Virus record (IMG/VR): IMGVR_UViG_3300050128_000053
Coordinates: 24,866-88,865 of that record
Direction: 5' to 3' (one strand)
Source of the DNA: a virus
DNA: 64,000 nt
The position numbers and the translations under genes are program-made. The notes under the pieces were generated by a model, which did no database searches, had not been told where the DNA came from, and was given only the letters and a program-made list of their open reading frames with translations. Below are positions 9,942 to 20,602 of this stretch, one piece after another (the first letter of the stretch is position 1; every line of letters starts with the position of its first letter).

Positions 9942-10102
9942 GCAAATCACCTCCTGATGACTGATTGAAACTCTGAGTTGAGAGCTAGTTCATGCTCGCT
10001 CTCGTCAGCAGTCACCAGATTGTTTTCCAGATACGTATTCACAGGCCTATAATCAAAGCACTCATTTGCGCTCAAAACAAGTCAACTCAAAAAAGGTTCT
10101 TC

Positions 10103-10576
10103 TTAGGGGACTCGACCGCCGTATTTCCTTGAAACGCTGCGTGCCCATCTATCACCCTCGGGGGTTCTGACAGCGGAGTGTTGCGGCTTTAGGCGGGCCA
10201 TCGAGCGGCCCATGCCGTAAAGAGCTGATGCCACCCCCTGGCGCTCATGAGAGGGAGCCGTTTCGACCATGGAGATTTCGCCCTTTTTGTAGCCGCTATC
10301 AGGGCCTCCCTCGCTCCATTGCAGCATGGCACCGGGAAAGTGCTCATGAACCAAGGACCCACCTGCGGTCTCGGCCCACCGGTCAGTCGTAACGTGGTGG
10401 GAAGGCTCTGCCGAAAGCTGGTGGTAAGTATTGGCACCAAGCGGAATGGTGTCGGTTCGAAAGTGCCAACCCTGAGACAGCAGTTTGGCGCCGGGGTGAG
10501 CGTGCTCTTCTAGCCCGGGTAGAGCCATCTGATTCGGGTCGGCTCGCCAGAACTGCTGGCGAGAGAGGGAAGCCAC
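10103..10576 (-). CDS. GNAT-family acetyltransferase-like protein
   Basis: ISMVETAPSHERQGVASALY matches the acetyl-CoA-binding motif (R/Q-x-x-G-x-A). Confidence 0.7.
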   Translation of the reverse strand: MASLSRQQFWRADPNQMALPGLEEHAHPGAKLLSQGWHFRTDTIPLGANTYHQLSAEPSHHVTTDRWAETAGGSLVHEHFPGAMLQWSEGGPDSGYKKGEISMVETAPSHERQGVASALYGMGRSMARLKPQHSAVRTPEGDRWARSVSRKYGGRVP

Positions 10577-10599
10577 CTTGTGTCAACCCCCAATCAGTT

Positions 10600-11493
10600 T
10601 CACGGGGCGTAGATCCCCGCTTCCTTGGCTCGGGCGCTTACGGCACCGAGCAACTGGGGACGAAGACGGGAGTACTCCTCAGGCGACATGGCAGCCAGTT
10701 CCTCGTTGCTGAAGGTGACCTGCTGCTGATCGACCAAACCAGCCATATCGTAAGGCGGCATCCCAGACATCGGGAGACCAACCCGAGGCTGTTGCTGCTG
10801 CTGGCCAGTGCCACCGGCAGCAGCTTGAAACCCCTCAACGATCTCAGCCGTCTTCTGCGCCATCAAAGCCAAGGATGCTTCGATCTCCTCAGTGGTGTTG
10901 CCACGAACGAGATCATCGAACTGCGGCGCTATCTCGTCACGCATTTCAGCAATGCGCTGAACTCGGTACTGACCGAGCCGGGCCAACTCCTGCTCCTTTT
11001 GGAAGATGATCTGTTCACGCTTGCGCTCATCCTCGAGCTGAGCGAACCGGTGTTCCCAGGTCTGGTTGGAATCTTGAAGGCGCTGCTCGAGATCAAGATT
11101 CTTTAAGCGCTCGGCCTCAGCCTCGGCCTCAAGGCGCTGCTGCTCTTCTTGTTCGGCAGCAAGCCGAGCCTCACGGTCTTGGGCAAGAGTAGTTACCGTG
11201 CCGCGCAACTGCTCGAGTTCGGGATAGAGCTTGTCCTTCTCCTCGGCCCGAACATGACCCATCATCTCTTCGACCTGGGCTCTCGTAAAAACCTCTTCCT
11301 GCTGTTGCTGACTGCCGTTCGCAGCCGGCGGGACTCCTTGACCTTCGCCCCGCTCACCGACATTGATGGTGATCCCGGCCGGCGCACCGGGGATCCCTGA
11401 GGGGGAACCTTCGCCCGTCATTGACATTTGTGCATCTCCTTCTTCAGTTTGTCCAAGTAAGGCCACGTTACGTCGCTTGACAACAATCGTCAT
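10600..11493 (-). CDS. Capsid scaffolding protein
   Basis: Acidic coiled coil (VRAEEKDKLYPELEQL) with C-terminal LAAMSPEEYSRLRPQLLG; lies between portal and capsid genes. Confidence 0.8.
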   Translation of the reverse strand: MTIVVKRRNVALLGQTEEGDAQMSMTGEGSPSGIPGAPAGITINVGERGEGQGVPPAANGSQQQQEEVFTRAQVEEMMGHVRAEEKDKLYPELEQLRGTVTTLAQDREARLAAEQEEQQRLEAEAEAERLKNLDLEQRLQDSNQTWEHRFAQLEDERKREQIIFQKEQELARLGQYRVQRIAEMRDEIAPQFDDLVRGNTTEEIEASLALMAQKTAEIVEGFQAAAGGTGQQQQQPRVGLPMSGMPPYDMAGLVDQQQVTFSNEELAAMSPEEYSRLRPQLLGAVSARAKEAGIYAP

Positions 11494-11550
11494 TACCCAA
11501 TACCTCTCACTCCCAGCAACAGACTGCTGGGCACCATCACCTGATGCTAC

Positions 11551-14500
11551 TCAATCGTCGTCGCCCGATGAAAGCGGATTACGACGCTGCGGGATCTTGG
11601 TGCCGGCGGCAAGGGTGGTGAGCTGATTCATGATCGACTGGACCTCGGGAGTATCGGCAAACTGGGGCGGTGGCGCTTGTACACCGGCCGCTGTATTCAC
11701 GCCCGGGCCACCAGCCGAAGACACTCCCCCAGCGTCACCTCCAGGGGCAGGACCAGTCGACGATGGCGATGGCGGATCGGCACCATCAGGCGGTACCCCG
11801 GTAAGCATTGAAATGAGCACCCGGATCTGGGCATTCTGCAAATCGAGAGCACCTTGTTCAAGGGCATCTTGATGCAGTTCGTCCATAAGTTCCTGCAGCT
11901 TCTCGGCTGGATATTGCTCGCCCATGAGGCGCAGGGCCCCGGTCTTGGATTCAAGACCCATGCCCATTTTGAGCTGCAACTCATTGAGAAGGACCAGCAT
12001 GTCAAGCGGTAGCGGGGACTGGAACTCAACCGTATTGCGGTAAGTAATAGGGTCATTCGGGTCGAGAACCGTGACCTGACCCTCTTCAAGCGGTGGATCG
12101 CGCAACGGATCGATCTCGAGCATCTGGGGCAAATATGTCGCCGCCGTGAGGATCAACAACTCATTGAGCATGGCCAGGCCCGAAGACATCTGGGTCGTCT
12201 TTTGACGGAACTTTTGCATCAGCGGAAGGTATTGCAAAGAGAGCGCCACGCCCGATGTATTGCTGATCTGCTGTTCTTGGCCGAGCAAAGAAATGGGCAC
12301 ACCGACCAACTCGTGCATCTTCTCTTTGAGCAGTTCTAAAAACTTGATCGCCTCACCCAACTCAGCCCCGAGAGCGAGATTCTCAATCTTGGCCTTCTCA
12401 TTGGGGATGGACCATACCTTCTTGGGTCCCCGCTCGAGGCTGTTGGATTTCGCTCCCATGATGACTGTGGTGGGGGAGTTCCCGGTCCAATAGGTGTTCC
12501 CATTACGGCTCGCCATCCAAATGCTGTTTTTAACAGTTGGGCACCAGACGGTCACATCTTCAACATCGACCGTCTTTGCAGACTTCAATGTCGACTCAAC
12601 CTCAATCGATTGGCGGCTGTACTTGTCAATAAAGTTGCCTCGGGTATTGACCCGATCCCCCAACATCGCATTCAACATGCGATAACCCTCTTTACGAGCA
12701 CCGTCCTCCTGATACCACGAGCTTCGCTTTTCTGTAATCCAGTGGCCATCTGCATCAACAAGAATCTTCTGAAGCATTCGAGCTTGGGTGTACGTCAGCG
12801 AGTAAATAAAGGACGGGGAGAGTACCTTCTTAGGAGCGACCTCCTCCAAAGTCTCTTTCACCCCTTTACCCAGATACCAGTTATAACAGCCGTTATCCAT
12901 CGGCTTTGCCGATTCAGTAAAGGTGCCTCCACTGCGTTGCCAATACCGCATCAAACGTCGAATAGACCGCACATGGTCAGGGTTCTTTGTCCAACTCTGA
13001 CTTATGGTGATGGAGTGCCAATCATTCGGCCCGCTGTAGGCGTCACAACCTTCCGTGATATACCAGCCAACAGTCTCGACCAACTCGTCGTCCCACTTCG
13101 GCTGAGCTGCAAAAGCAAACGATGTCCCACCCCCCACCACCAAACGAGCATGAGACTTGAAATCAGCTAAAGCTGGTTCCTCAGCATCCCCAATCAAAGT
13201 TCGACCAATACGTCGAGCATCAAGTGGGTAGATCTGCTTTCTCGTCTTACGTTGCTCTACCAACCAGCGATGATTAGGGGTTACGAGGGCGTCAATGTGG
13301 TTAGACAGGTGAACGAGAGATCCCGTGTACGACTTGGAGAAAAGAGACTCGACCGGCTGCCATTCAATCTCATCAGTAGACGAGTTAAGAGTGAGGATCT
13401 CATCTCCAACAGTCAACTCGTCATGCTTCTTCCAACCCTCCGGAGTCAGAGCCAGGGTGGTCTCATCGACACAGGCGTAGTAATTAGTAATGTCCATCAG
13501 CAGGGTGGCCGTCTCGTTGTACGCCCGATTCAAGTCTGTGATGTCTTGGATGTCTGAAAGACCCCAAGGCGATGACGGCACCTTCTTGTTCGCTATGTGG
13601 ACGAAAGGAATGCGCCCCAAGGGGTTCTCTTGATCCTCCACCAACTCGTCATTGATAAAACTCTGCATCGAACTTTCAGTCCACAACTCGGTAAACGAGT
13701 TCCCTGTCCAATACGTACAGCCATTACGACGCGCAAACCAAGTACCAGACGGGGTCGTAGGACACCAAACTTTTCCTTGATAACCCTCCTCAGAAACATG
13801 AAGTCGCCTTGCCGTAATGTAAGGAGAATGGTAGACCGTTACGTTTGCGCAGTTATTCAAATCTCCACGCTTTTCTTTATGCTGCCTCCACCACTCTGAT
13901 GCATCACTCTTCCACCAATGGGTAAAGCTCCTCCTTCCGAGCATGGCAGTGAGCATTTGGAATCCGTCAATGAGGCCTTGATCTTGATTTATGAAGTTCT
14001 CCGTCTCAACAGTCCGCGTAAACCCATCGTGATTCCGAAGAACAGCGTAATGCCCATCCCCCTCAAGAAGGGTGTGGTAGAGAAGCTCTGCTTGATCCAT
14101 TGTAAGAGCACCAAGAAACTCTGGAGTCAGTGTCTTGTTCGGAGCAACTTGGCGAATAAGGTTGCCAATCCCGCTACCAAAATAGAACTGCCGACACCCT
14201 TCATACTTGGTTCCGTCATTGTAATCAGTATTGAGTTCTGTTGCAGTTGCCCCTTGCGCAGAAAATGCCTTCTGAAGATATCTGATGCGAGCGACCAAGT
14301 TGGGATTACTAGCCTCAGACTGACCAATCGTCACAGCAGTCTTTGCCGGAAACTTCGGGTAATGCCCTTCAGTAACAGCCCAACCAATAAGTTCAACAAA
14401 GTCGTCTGAAAAAGTTGGCCATTCTGCAAAGGAGGACAAATGCCCTCCAGCCGCAGCCCCAATAATCTGCTTGTTTGAGTGACCGGTGCTTAACTCTTCC

Positions 14501-16393
14501 GTTGTCATGAACCGAATGGGCCGATTTAAGTTCGGATAGGAATAACCATCCCGATCTCGGTATTCTACGAGCCACCGGTGATTTGGAGTCGAGAGGGCGT
14601 CCATTCGATCGGTCTGCCATCTGGTAAGTGAACCGTCCCAATCGAACACATTGACGGCTGTGTGCTCTTCCCAACGAACCTCGCGCGTCACAGGATCCAT
14701 CACAAGGAACTTGTCGTCGTCCTCGATGTTGTCCCAACGCTTCCAACCAGAAGACGTCAAAGCTTCAGTAGTTTCGTCCTGGCAAAATACTTGGCGGGTT
14801 CCCTCTAATGCCGTCCCCCAAAATCTGTACTTCATCTTGAACCGGATCACCCGAGTCATGTCGTGCGGGTGGTACATAACTCGGGGAAACAGTTCCCCGT
14901 AATGTAAACCGTATTACGGAAAATATTTCCCCTATCTGCACCAGCACCGCTTGCAGGAGTCACCTCCTTCCTGCGTGTGACCCATGTTCCTACAGAGGTG
15001 GTTGGGCACCATACTCGCCCTCTGTAGTGACGAACCGAACGATTCATCCATTTCATGTTCGCTGTCCGACTGTGATGCACCCCAACGGTGCCGTCTCGAC
15101 CTCCAAACTTTCCTCTAGGCGTATCAGAGACCTTTGAAATGCTTCGCTTGCCGAGCATCATGGCAAGCATTTGAAAAGAATCAATCAACCCGAGGTTGTT
15201 CTGGTAAAGACGCTCTCGACCGCCAATGCGTGCTGTCTCCCCATCCCCGTCGAGAAGTGTATTGAAAAGCAGTTCCGCTTGTGGGCGGGTGAGGTTTGTG
15301 AGGAAGCCTGAATCGATTTCCTTTTCCTCATGCAAAACGGCTTGGACCTGACGACCGATTGTTACCGGAAAATACCACTGAAGGAATCCGTCTGACCGCT
15401 CGTAAACAGACCCCTGAAAGTGGTGACAGAGCTTGTCAATACGTTCACAAAAGTCGGGATGAACACGAGGACTTTGCCCAACACAAACAGCCGAAGAATC
15501 AAACCAGCCTTCCGCAGCCACCCAACCCACCAGTTCTACAAACTCATCAGAGTGCTCTGGCATAGTCGGGAAATGCTTTAGTTCGCCGCCCGCCAAGACC
15601 AGAGACCCACCAGTCACCTCATGCAGCTCTGCTGTGGATCGCATCCCCCGGGTTCCACGCTCACCTGAGGTGTCATAGATCCATCGGTGGTCGGCCGTCG
15701 TGGCAGCACTGAAGTTCTTGCTACGCCATTCGTATAGGGGGCCGTCCCAGTCAAAAACGTTGATCCGCCCCACCCGAGACCAAACCAGCTCGTCGGTCTC
15801 GTAGTCAAGCACCAGAGCTTCGTCCCCAACTCTTACCTGATCAGCATTGAGCCAACCACGCTTAGTCAGGATTTCGTTCTCGTCGGCCGGCATGCAGAAA
15901 GCGCTGTTGAGCGGCAGGATGCGGATACGCGCCGGATGCTCATAACCCGCCGGATCGACAAATGATTCTTCGAAAGCCACCTTTACGAACGAGTCGCCTG
16001 ATACAGAAGATTGCTGCATAATTTCCCACATGACAGCGTCTTTGCCTTGGGGCTGATGCTCTTCCCAGATGGTACGCAGAAGCTCGGGGACAATGGCCTC
16101 AGTTGCTTTGGGCGATTTGAAGTAAGTGCCGTTGGTGAGGCAGAAGTTGGTCAAGAAGTCGCTAAAGGCAGCCGACCAGTTGAACGTGAGCTGAGGCTCA
16201 CCGATTTCGCGACGGTAGCTCCAATGATGGCCTAAGTAAAAAGCCCAGTTGCTGGCGTAGCGATTCAAGCGAGGTCCATGAACCTCGATCTAAACTCCTC
16301 ATCCGCTAACTCAACCAGGCCCAAGGGGCTGATGGCAATCGTTAGGTCTGAGGAGGCTGCACGGTAACTGGGTGTCACAAAACTAATGGCCAT
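11551..16393 (-). CDS. Portal protein (SPP1 gp6-like) with three inteins and two 5-nt frame-breaking insertions; about 581 aa mature if repaired
   Basis: Three frame segments: 16393-16292 (MAISF...LVELADEEF), 16286-14880 (EVHGPRLNRY...CFPE) and 14874-11551 (YHPHD...). Portal motifs ENPLGRIPFVHIAN, WGLSDIQDITDLN and ISNTSGVAL. Confidence 0.85.
12478..13473 (-). mobile_element. Intein 3 in portal (332 aa, LAGLIDADG-type)
   Basis: NYYA|CVDETTLALTPEGW...TPNHRW...VWCPTV...YWTGN|SPTT; VGWYITEG and LVDADG. Confidence 0.93.
13699..14784 (-). mobile_element. Intein 2 in portal (362 aa, LAGLIDADG-type)
   Basis: RQVF|CQDETTEALTSSGW...TPNHRW...VWCPTTPSGTW...YWTGN|SFTE; LIGWAVTEG and LLEGDG. Confidence 0.93.
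14892..15896 (-). mobile_element. Intein 1 in portal (335 aa, LAGLIDADG-type endonuclease domain)
   Basis: LNSAF|CMPADENEILTKRGW...TTADHRW...VWCPTT...ITGN|CFPE; LVGWVAAEG and LFNTLLDGDG helices. Confidence 0.92.
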
Positions 16394-16400
16394 TGTGCTT

Positions 16401-17075
16401 TCACCCCCTTCCCGGCTGAGACACGCTTTGCTTCCTAAGCTCACGCACTTTGTTGGCTATTTCCTTGCGCCGTTCCTCCGTGAACGGCCAACAGTTGCTC
16501 TTTCGGATATTGCACAGATCACACGAAGGCATAAGGTTATCAATCGTATGAGTTCCACCTGCTGTCAAGGGCTGATAGTGGTCCCAGTGGAGGTTGTTCG
16601 TCAGGAGCATCTCACAGATGTGACACCGCCCTCCAAACTCTGCAAGACGAAGGTCGAACTGTTCCGCTGAAATGACCTCAACCAAAGTGCCAGCCTTTAT
16701 GGCACGCCGTCTGCTCTCACATCGCTGCGTTGCCTTTCGGCGCTTCTCAGCGATCTCGGGTATTTTGCCTCGCTCAACATGGCGCTTGTAACGCTCTTCT
16801 CGATTGGCCACATGATGGACTCGAAGCCGCTCTTTCGACCACTCAGGGTGATCAATGTGGTATTGGCGTGCCTTAGTGATTTTGGTCGCCGGATCAGCAG
16901 CATAAATCTCTCGTGCTCGCTGATTACGCTTCTCTCGGCGGTTATCGTCAGTAACCTTCACACACAACTTACAACGGGGACGTCGTCCGTCTCTCGATGC
17001 AGAATCCTTGTGGAAATCAGTGAGTGGCTTGGAGATTCCGCACCCCTTGCAAACTTTCACATCAACTGCTGTCAT
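16401..17075 (-). CDS. Free-standing HNH endonuclease with N-terminal zinc finger
   Basis: CKGC...CKLC; CHIC...HWDHYQPLTAGGTHTIDNLMPSCDLCNIRK. Confidence 0.9.
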   Translation of the reverse strand: MTAVDVKVCKGCGISKPLTDFHKDSASRDGRRPRCKLCVKVTDDNRREKRNQRAREIYAADPATKITKARQYHIDHPEWSKERLRVHHVANREERYKRHVERGKIPEIAEKRRKATQRCESRRRAIKAGTLVEVISAEQFDLRLAEFGGRCHICEMLLTNNLHWDHYQPLTAGGTHTIDNLMPSCDLCNIRKSNCWPFTEERRKEIANKVRELRKQSVSQPGRG

Positions 17076-17094
17076 GGCGGCGGTCGTCCGCTTT

Positions 17095-17856
17095 TTACGG
17101 CGTGTCCACTCCGACCTTGGTGAATAGGGCGAACTGAGCAGCACTGATCGCTATGTCTGGGATGCCAGCCGAGGCAAACGCCGATAGATCGGCCGGGTCG
17201 GTGACGTGGGTGGCCACACCGCCCGAGACGAGGAACACCTCGTTGCCCTGCGTGGTGAGGAACATGGTCGGAACCTTTCTGTTTGGGACATGGGTGGGCG
17301 GTGGTGTCGGTGAAGTGAGCCCGAAGAGGGCATCGAAATCGGCCTGAGACCCCACCCAGTGCGAGGCGTCGACCTCCACTGGGATCCCCGGCACACTGAG
17401 TGAATCGGTGTACTGCCAGCAGTCCCCGAAGCCGTAGTCCTTGCCGTAGCTCGCCGGCCAGAGCATGGCCCTGATCCCTGACCGAGGCAGTGTCGAGGCG
17501 CTGCCGTAATCCATCTCTTCATCGGCGCTCAAGTTGAGAGCGACAAGGAAGGCGTTCTGCCACCCACTGTTGGTGCTGGTCTCCGAGTCAAGGATGCGAG
17601 CTTTCGATCCGGCGACTGATTTGAAGTAGGCCGCTTCATCTGAAGCACTGGTGAAATCGGCGAAGTGATAGGCCACGTGGGCGATGTTGTGCGATTCAGC
17701 AAGGGCGGCGGAATCGGAGTAATACGGGTTGGTGTAACCCGTCCCCTGTGTGGCCTTGATGATGAGAGCAAGGACGTTCTCAGAGATCAGAACCCAGTCC
17801 CAATCAGCAGGGTCGCCATTGTCAGAACTGATGTCGATGATGTTTGTTGCCGTCAC
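17095..17856 (-). CDS. GH25 muramidase (endolysin-like)
   Basis: IDISSDNG, IIKATQG, AYHFA, LDSE (DxE) and WQYT...VDAS motifs. Confidence 0.88.
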   Translation of the reverse strand: MTATNIIDISSDNGDPADWDWVLISENVLALIIKATQGTGYTNPYYSDSAALAESHNIAHVAYHFADFTSASDEAAYFKSVAGSKARILDSETSTNSGWQNAFLVALNLSADEEMDYGSASTLPRSGIRAMLWPASYGKDYGFGDCWQYTDSLSVPGIPVEVDASHWVGSQADFDALFGLTSPTPPPTHVPNRKVPTMFLTTQGNEVFLVSGGVATHVTDPADLSAFASAGIPDIAISAAQFALFTKVGVDTP

Positions 17857-17865
17857 ACTCTCACC

Positions 17866-18153
17866 TCAACGGAGTTCTGATCCCCAAGGGGTTCTCGAAA
17901 GATGACCCCGAAACTCGCTGACCACTTTCGAAGAACGAGCTACGACAGGAGATGAACCAGCCGACATCCAGTCCCAGACCATACCTCGTGACTCGATAAG
18001 CGGTTCGTTACCGGGCGCACGATGAAGAAACGTGGGCTGAGCCCGGTCGACACCATGGAACTGCTTGATGTGCTCGTCCATCCCATCAGGGCCATGCTTG
18101 GACCGTGTCTTCCAGCGGCACACCTCACACCGCTGCAAGCGAACTGCCCGCAC
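17866..18153 (-). CDS. Small zinc-finger-like hypothetical protein
   Basis: CEVC...HIKQFH (C2H2-like); translationally coupled to the upstream gene. Confidence 0.45.
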   Translation of the reverse strand: MRAVRLQRCEVCRWKTRSKHGPDGMDEHIKQFHGVDRAQPTFLHRAPGNEPLIESRGMVWDWMSAGSSPVVARSSKVVSEFRGHLSRTPWGSELR

Positions 18154-18773
18154 TATCGCTTCTGAGCGTAGAGCAGGATCTCAAGATTGGCTGCTGCGCC
18201 AACCGATGCCCCAGTCCCAGCGGCAGCAATCACGAAACTCAAAACGTCCCCAGCATGGACCGACAATGCAGGGACCGCCGTGAAGCCGTTGTAATCGGTA
18301 TAGGTGTTGTCGGGGGCCACCAAAGCGTTCAACGAGAACTTGTACATCTGCGGAGGCGCTGTCACCGGAGCTGTGGTGATCTGAGAAGTGGCCTGAGCCG
18401 TCTCATACCCGACCGTACCCGTGGGGCCAGGCAACGGGTAGTTGAGGGCGTAGGGCACGTTCTCAATGACCTCGAGAGCGTTAGTGGTGGTAAAGCTCTC
18501 CGTTCCCGCCCCCAGAATGGTAGGCACATTGGTCGCCGTCCACAGGTTGTACGCCGACACCGAAGAAAGGGCACCACCCTGCTGCGAGGTCGGGAGGTTA
18601 CTGATGTTGACAGTGATGCCGTCGTTGGTGCCCGGGGCGGTGCCCAACCACAACATCATGCCGATGACGTCAAGGTCACATGGAGCGGGATAACGCTGAG
18701 CAAGAGTTCCTACGGACGGAGCCGAAGCAAAACGCTCAACAAGAATCTGGTCTGGGTAAAGGCCGGAAGACAT
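18153..18773 (-). CDS. Hypothetical, probable virion protein
   Basis: AGGAG SD; Thr/Ala/Pro-rich beta-type sequence ending AGDVLSFVIAAAGTG...NLEILL. Confidence 0.55.
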   Translation of the reverse strand: MSSGLYPDQILVERFASAPSVGTLAQRYPAPCDLDVIGMMLWLGTAPGTNDGITVNISNLPTSQQGGALSSVSAYNLWTATNVPTILGAGTESFTTTNALEVIENVPYALNYPLPGPTGTVGYETAQATSQITTAPVTAPPQMYKFSLNALVAPDNTYTDYNGFTAVPALSVHAGDVLSFVIAAAGTGASVGAAANLEILLYAQKR

Positions 18774-18859
18774 CTTTCAAACTCCTTTGGGTTCGATCGG
18801 TTTACCCAGCCTCAAGTCCTGGGGGCACATGAAACGGTTTGTCCAAAGATAAGCGTACC

Positions 18860-19255
18860 TCAGTCGCGTACCCGCTCAGGGCTCTCTCTCTCATACCTCC
18901 CACCAGAGCGCTGCACATCGCCAAAGGTAACCGGCGGCTCGGTGACGCCACCGACGAACTCTTGAAGAACGCTCGGGGCATCGACCCAGGAGGCAGAGCC
19001 CGCATGGGCCCGCTCTTGCATCACCTGATCAGCGTGCTTGTACTGCGAATCCGGATTGTTGTGATTCGGCGATCCCGGCCCCGTCTGATAGCCGTCGCCC
19101 ATGCCCTGTTGGAAATCATCGGGCACGTCGGTGTCGGTCGCAAGACCTTCTTCAAATCGCAGTGGCCCTTTGTTTCCGGCCATGTTCGGACCCATGGTGC
19201 GCTGATACGACTGCGGCGAGCGTTCTGGCGGCACATTGGTTGGGGCAATCGTCAT
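18860..19255 (-). CDS. Conserved phage hypothetical protein
   Basis: GAGGAG SD; GPLRFEEGLATDTDVP and ERAHAGSASWV blocks. Confidence 0.65.
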   Translation of the reverse strand: MTIAPTNVPPERSPQSYQRTMGPNMAGNKGPLRFEEGLATDTDVPDDFQQGMGDGYQTGPGSPNHNNPDSQYKHADQVMQERAHAGSASWVDAPSVLQEFVGGVTEPPVTFGDVQRSGGRYERESPERVRD

Positions 19256-19310
19256 TGAGCACTCCTCGATTAGACCTTTAGGCAGTAGCATAGCCCTAAG
19301 GCCGAGTCGT

Positions 19311-20018
19311 CTAGTGCTCAGCCACCAGAGCCGCCATGAGGGGCTTGTTCCCTACTGCGCAACGGTATCGGTTACACAACCGACGGTTGTCCTCAAAATG
19401 CGGCTGTTCAAAGCGAACAGACTCGTCAGCTGGGTGCCAGAGATGGTAAAGCGGTCCTTGGATGCGGGTCCAATGCGGAGCCAGCGTCTCGAGCGCCATG
19501 TAAAAGGCCCGGTCCTCCTCGCCCCAGCCGATGAAGCGCTCGTCATAACCATGCACGACCTCAAAGGCCACTCGAGATACCACGATCCCACCCCCGACCG
19601 CCGGCTCGGGCGTCTCAACAGAAGGAAAACAATGCTCATACTCAGCAGGAGTGTCCCCGAGCATGTGCGCCTTCGTGCCCCCCTCGGTCAATGAGTAATA
19701 GCGGTCATAGGGCAACACCCACTGAGCCCCCACCTTGCCGAGAAGATCGAAAGCAATTTTCATCTGGCGCAGCGGCACACAGGAGTCGGCATCAACAAAG
19801 ACCAGTACATCTCCTTGCGCTTTCTTCGCTGCGGCGTTACGCGCTGCGGAACGATTGAAGTTCTCGGTCGGAGAATCCTCGATAAGAACCTCGATCTCGC
19901 CTGGCTCCCACCCTTGGAGGAGCTGTCCCCGCACATAATCCAAAGAAGTCGAGCGATAGGCATTCTCTGCCCGGTACGGGATGAGGAACGAAATCACTTG
20001 AGTCCTCTCACAAACCAA
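19311..20018 (-). CDS. Glycosyltransferase (GT2/GT7C-like)
   Basis: FNRSAARN, FVDAD and GYDERFIGWGEED. Confidence 0.88.
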   Translation of the reverse strand: MVCERTQVISFLIPYRAENAYRSTSLDYVRGQLLQGWEPGEIEVLIEDSPTENFNRSAARNAAAKKAQGDVLVFVDADSCVPLRQMKIAFDLLGKVGAQWVLPYDRYYSLTEGGTKAHMLGDTPAEYEHCFPSVETPEPAVGGGIVVSRVAFEVVHGYDERFIGWGEEDRAFYMALETLAPHWTRIQGPLYHLWHPADESVRFEQPHFEDNRRLCNRYRCAVGNKPLMAALVAEH

Positions 20019-20602
20019 GCCGCTGAGTGTTCGTCTTGAATCTGCTGAAAAACCCTGGCGTGCAAGCCAACGTCTTGATTACGACTGTTCGGACGCACGT
20101 GCACTCGATAGACGGCCTTCGGGCACTGGCCGACCGTGGCCCCGGCCAAACGAAGACGAATCCACAGGTCCCAGTCTTCAAGGACTGGCAAGTCCCTAAA
20201 CCCTCCAGCGGCAATAAAGAGATCTCGCCGAACCATACAACCGATGATGAGATGGTTCTTGGCCATGAAGTTCGGTCCCGGCGGAATAAGGACTGGGTAA
20301 TCGTCTTCAACACCATTGATCACACCAAGTGTTGAAGGCTGTCTGATGTCCCCTTCCCCAGCAAGCATCTCCTCGACGTAGCGGGGATCAAGCTCATCAT
20401 CGGCATCAAGGAAAATAAGCCAGTCAGCCCCAACATGAAGCGCTCCAATGTTACGTGCTTGAGAAACTGTAGGTCCCATTCTCGGAGTAACAAGTACGGC
20501 GTGCGCCGTCTGACTCTTTACAGAGTTCACAGCTCTCGCTTCTAGTGGATCCCAAACAGCCCTATCGCCGAAAGATGGAATGATTACTGCGGCAGATTCC
20601 AT
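19994..20602 (-). CDS. Glycosyltransferase family 2
   Basis: ARNIGA, FLDADD and GGF...EDWDLW. Confidence 0.88.
   Translation of the reverse strand: MESAAVIIPSFGDRAVWDPLEARAVNSVKSQTAHAVLVTPRMGPTVSQARNIGALHVGADWLIFLDADDELDPRYVEEMLAGEGDIRQPSTLGVINGVEDDYPVLIPPGPNFMAKNHLIIGCMVRRDLFIAAGGFRDLPVLEDWDLWIRLRLAGATVGQCPKAVYRVHVRPNSRNQDVGLHARVFQQIQDEHSAAWFVRGLK

Noticed and set aside
14875-16291. Micro-insertions as standard group I splicing substrates
   Set aside because: No register gives both a 5' exon ending in U and a 5-nt segment ending in G while restoring the frame. Excision by another mechanism is not excluded.
16287-16294. Simple -1 frameshift as the repair for portal gap 1
   Set aside because: The target frame has TAG inside the gap and there is no slippery heptamer after it.
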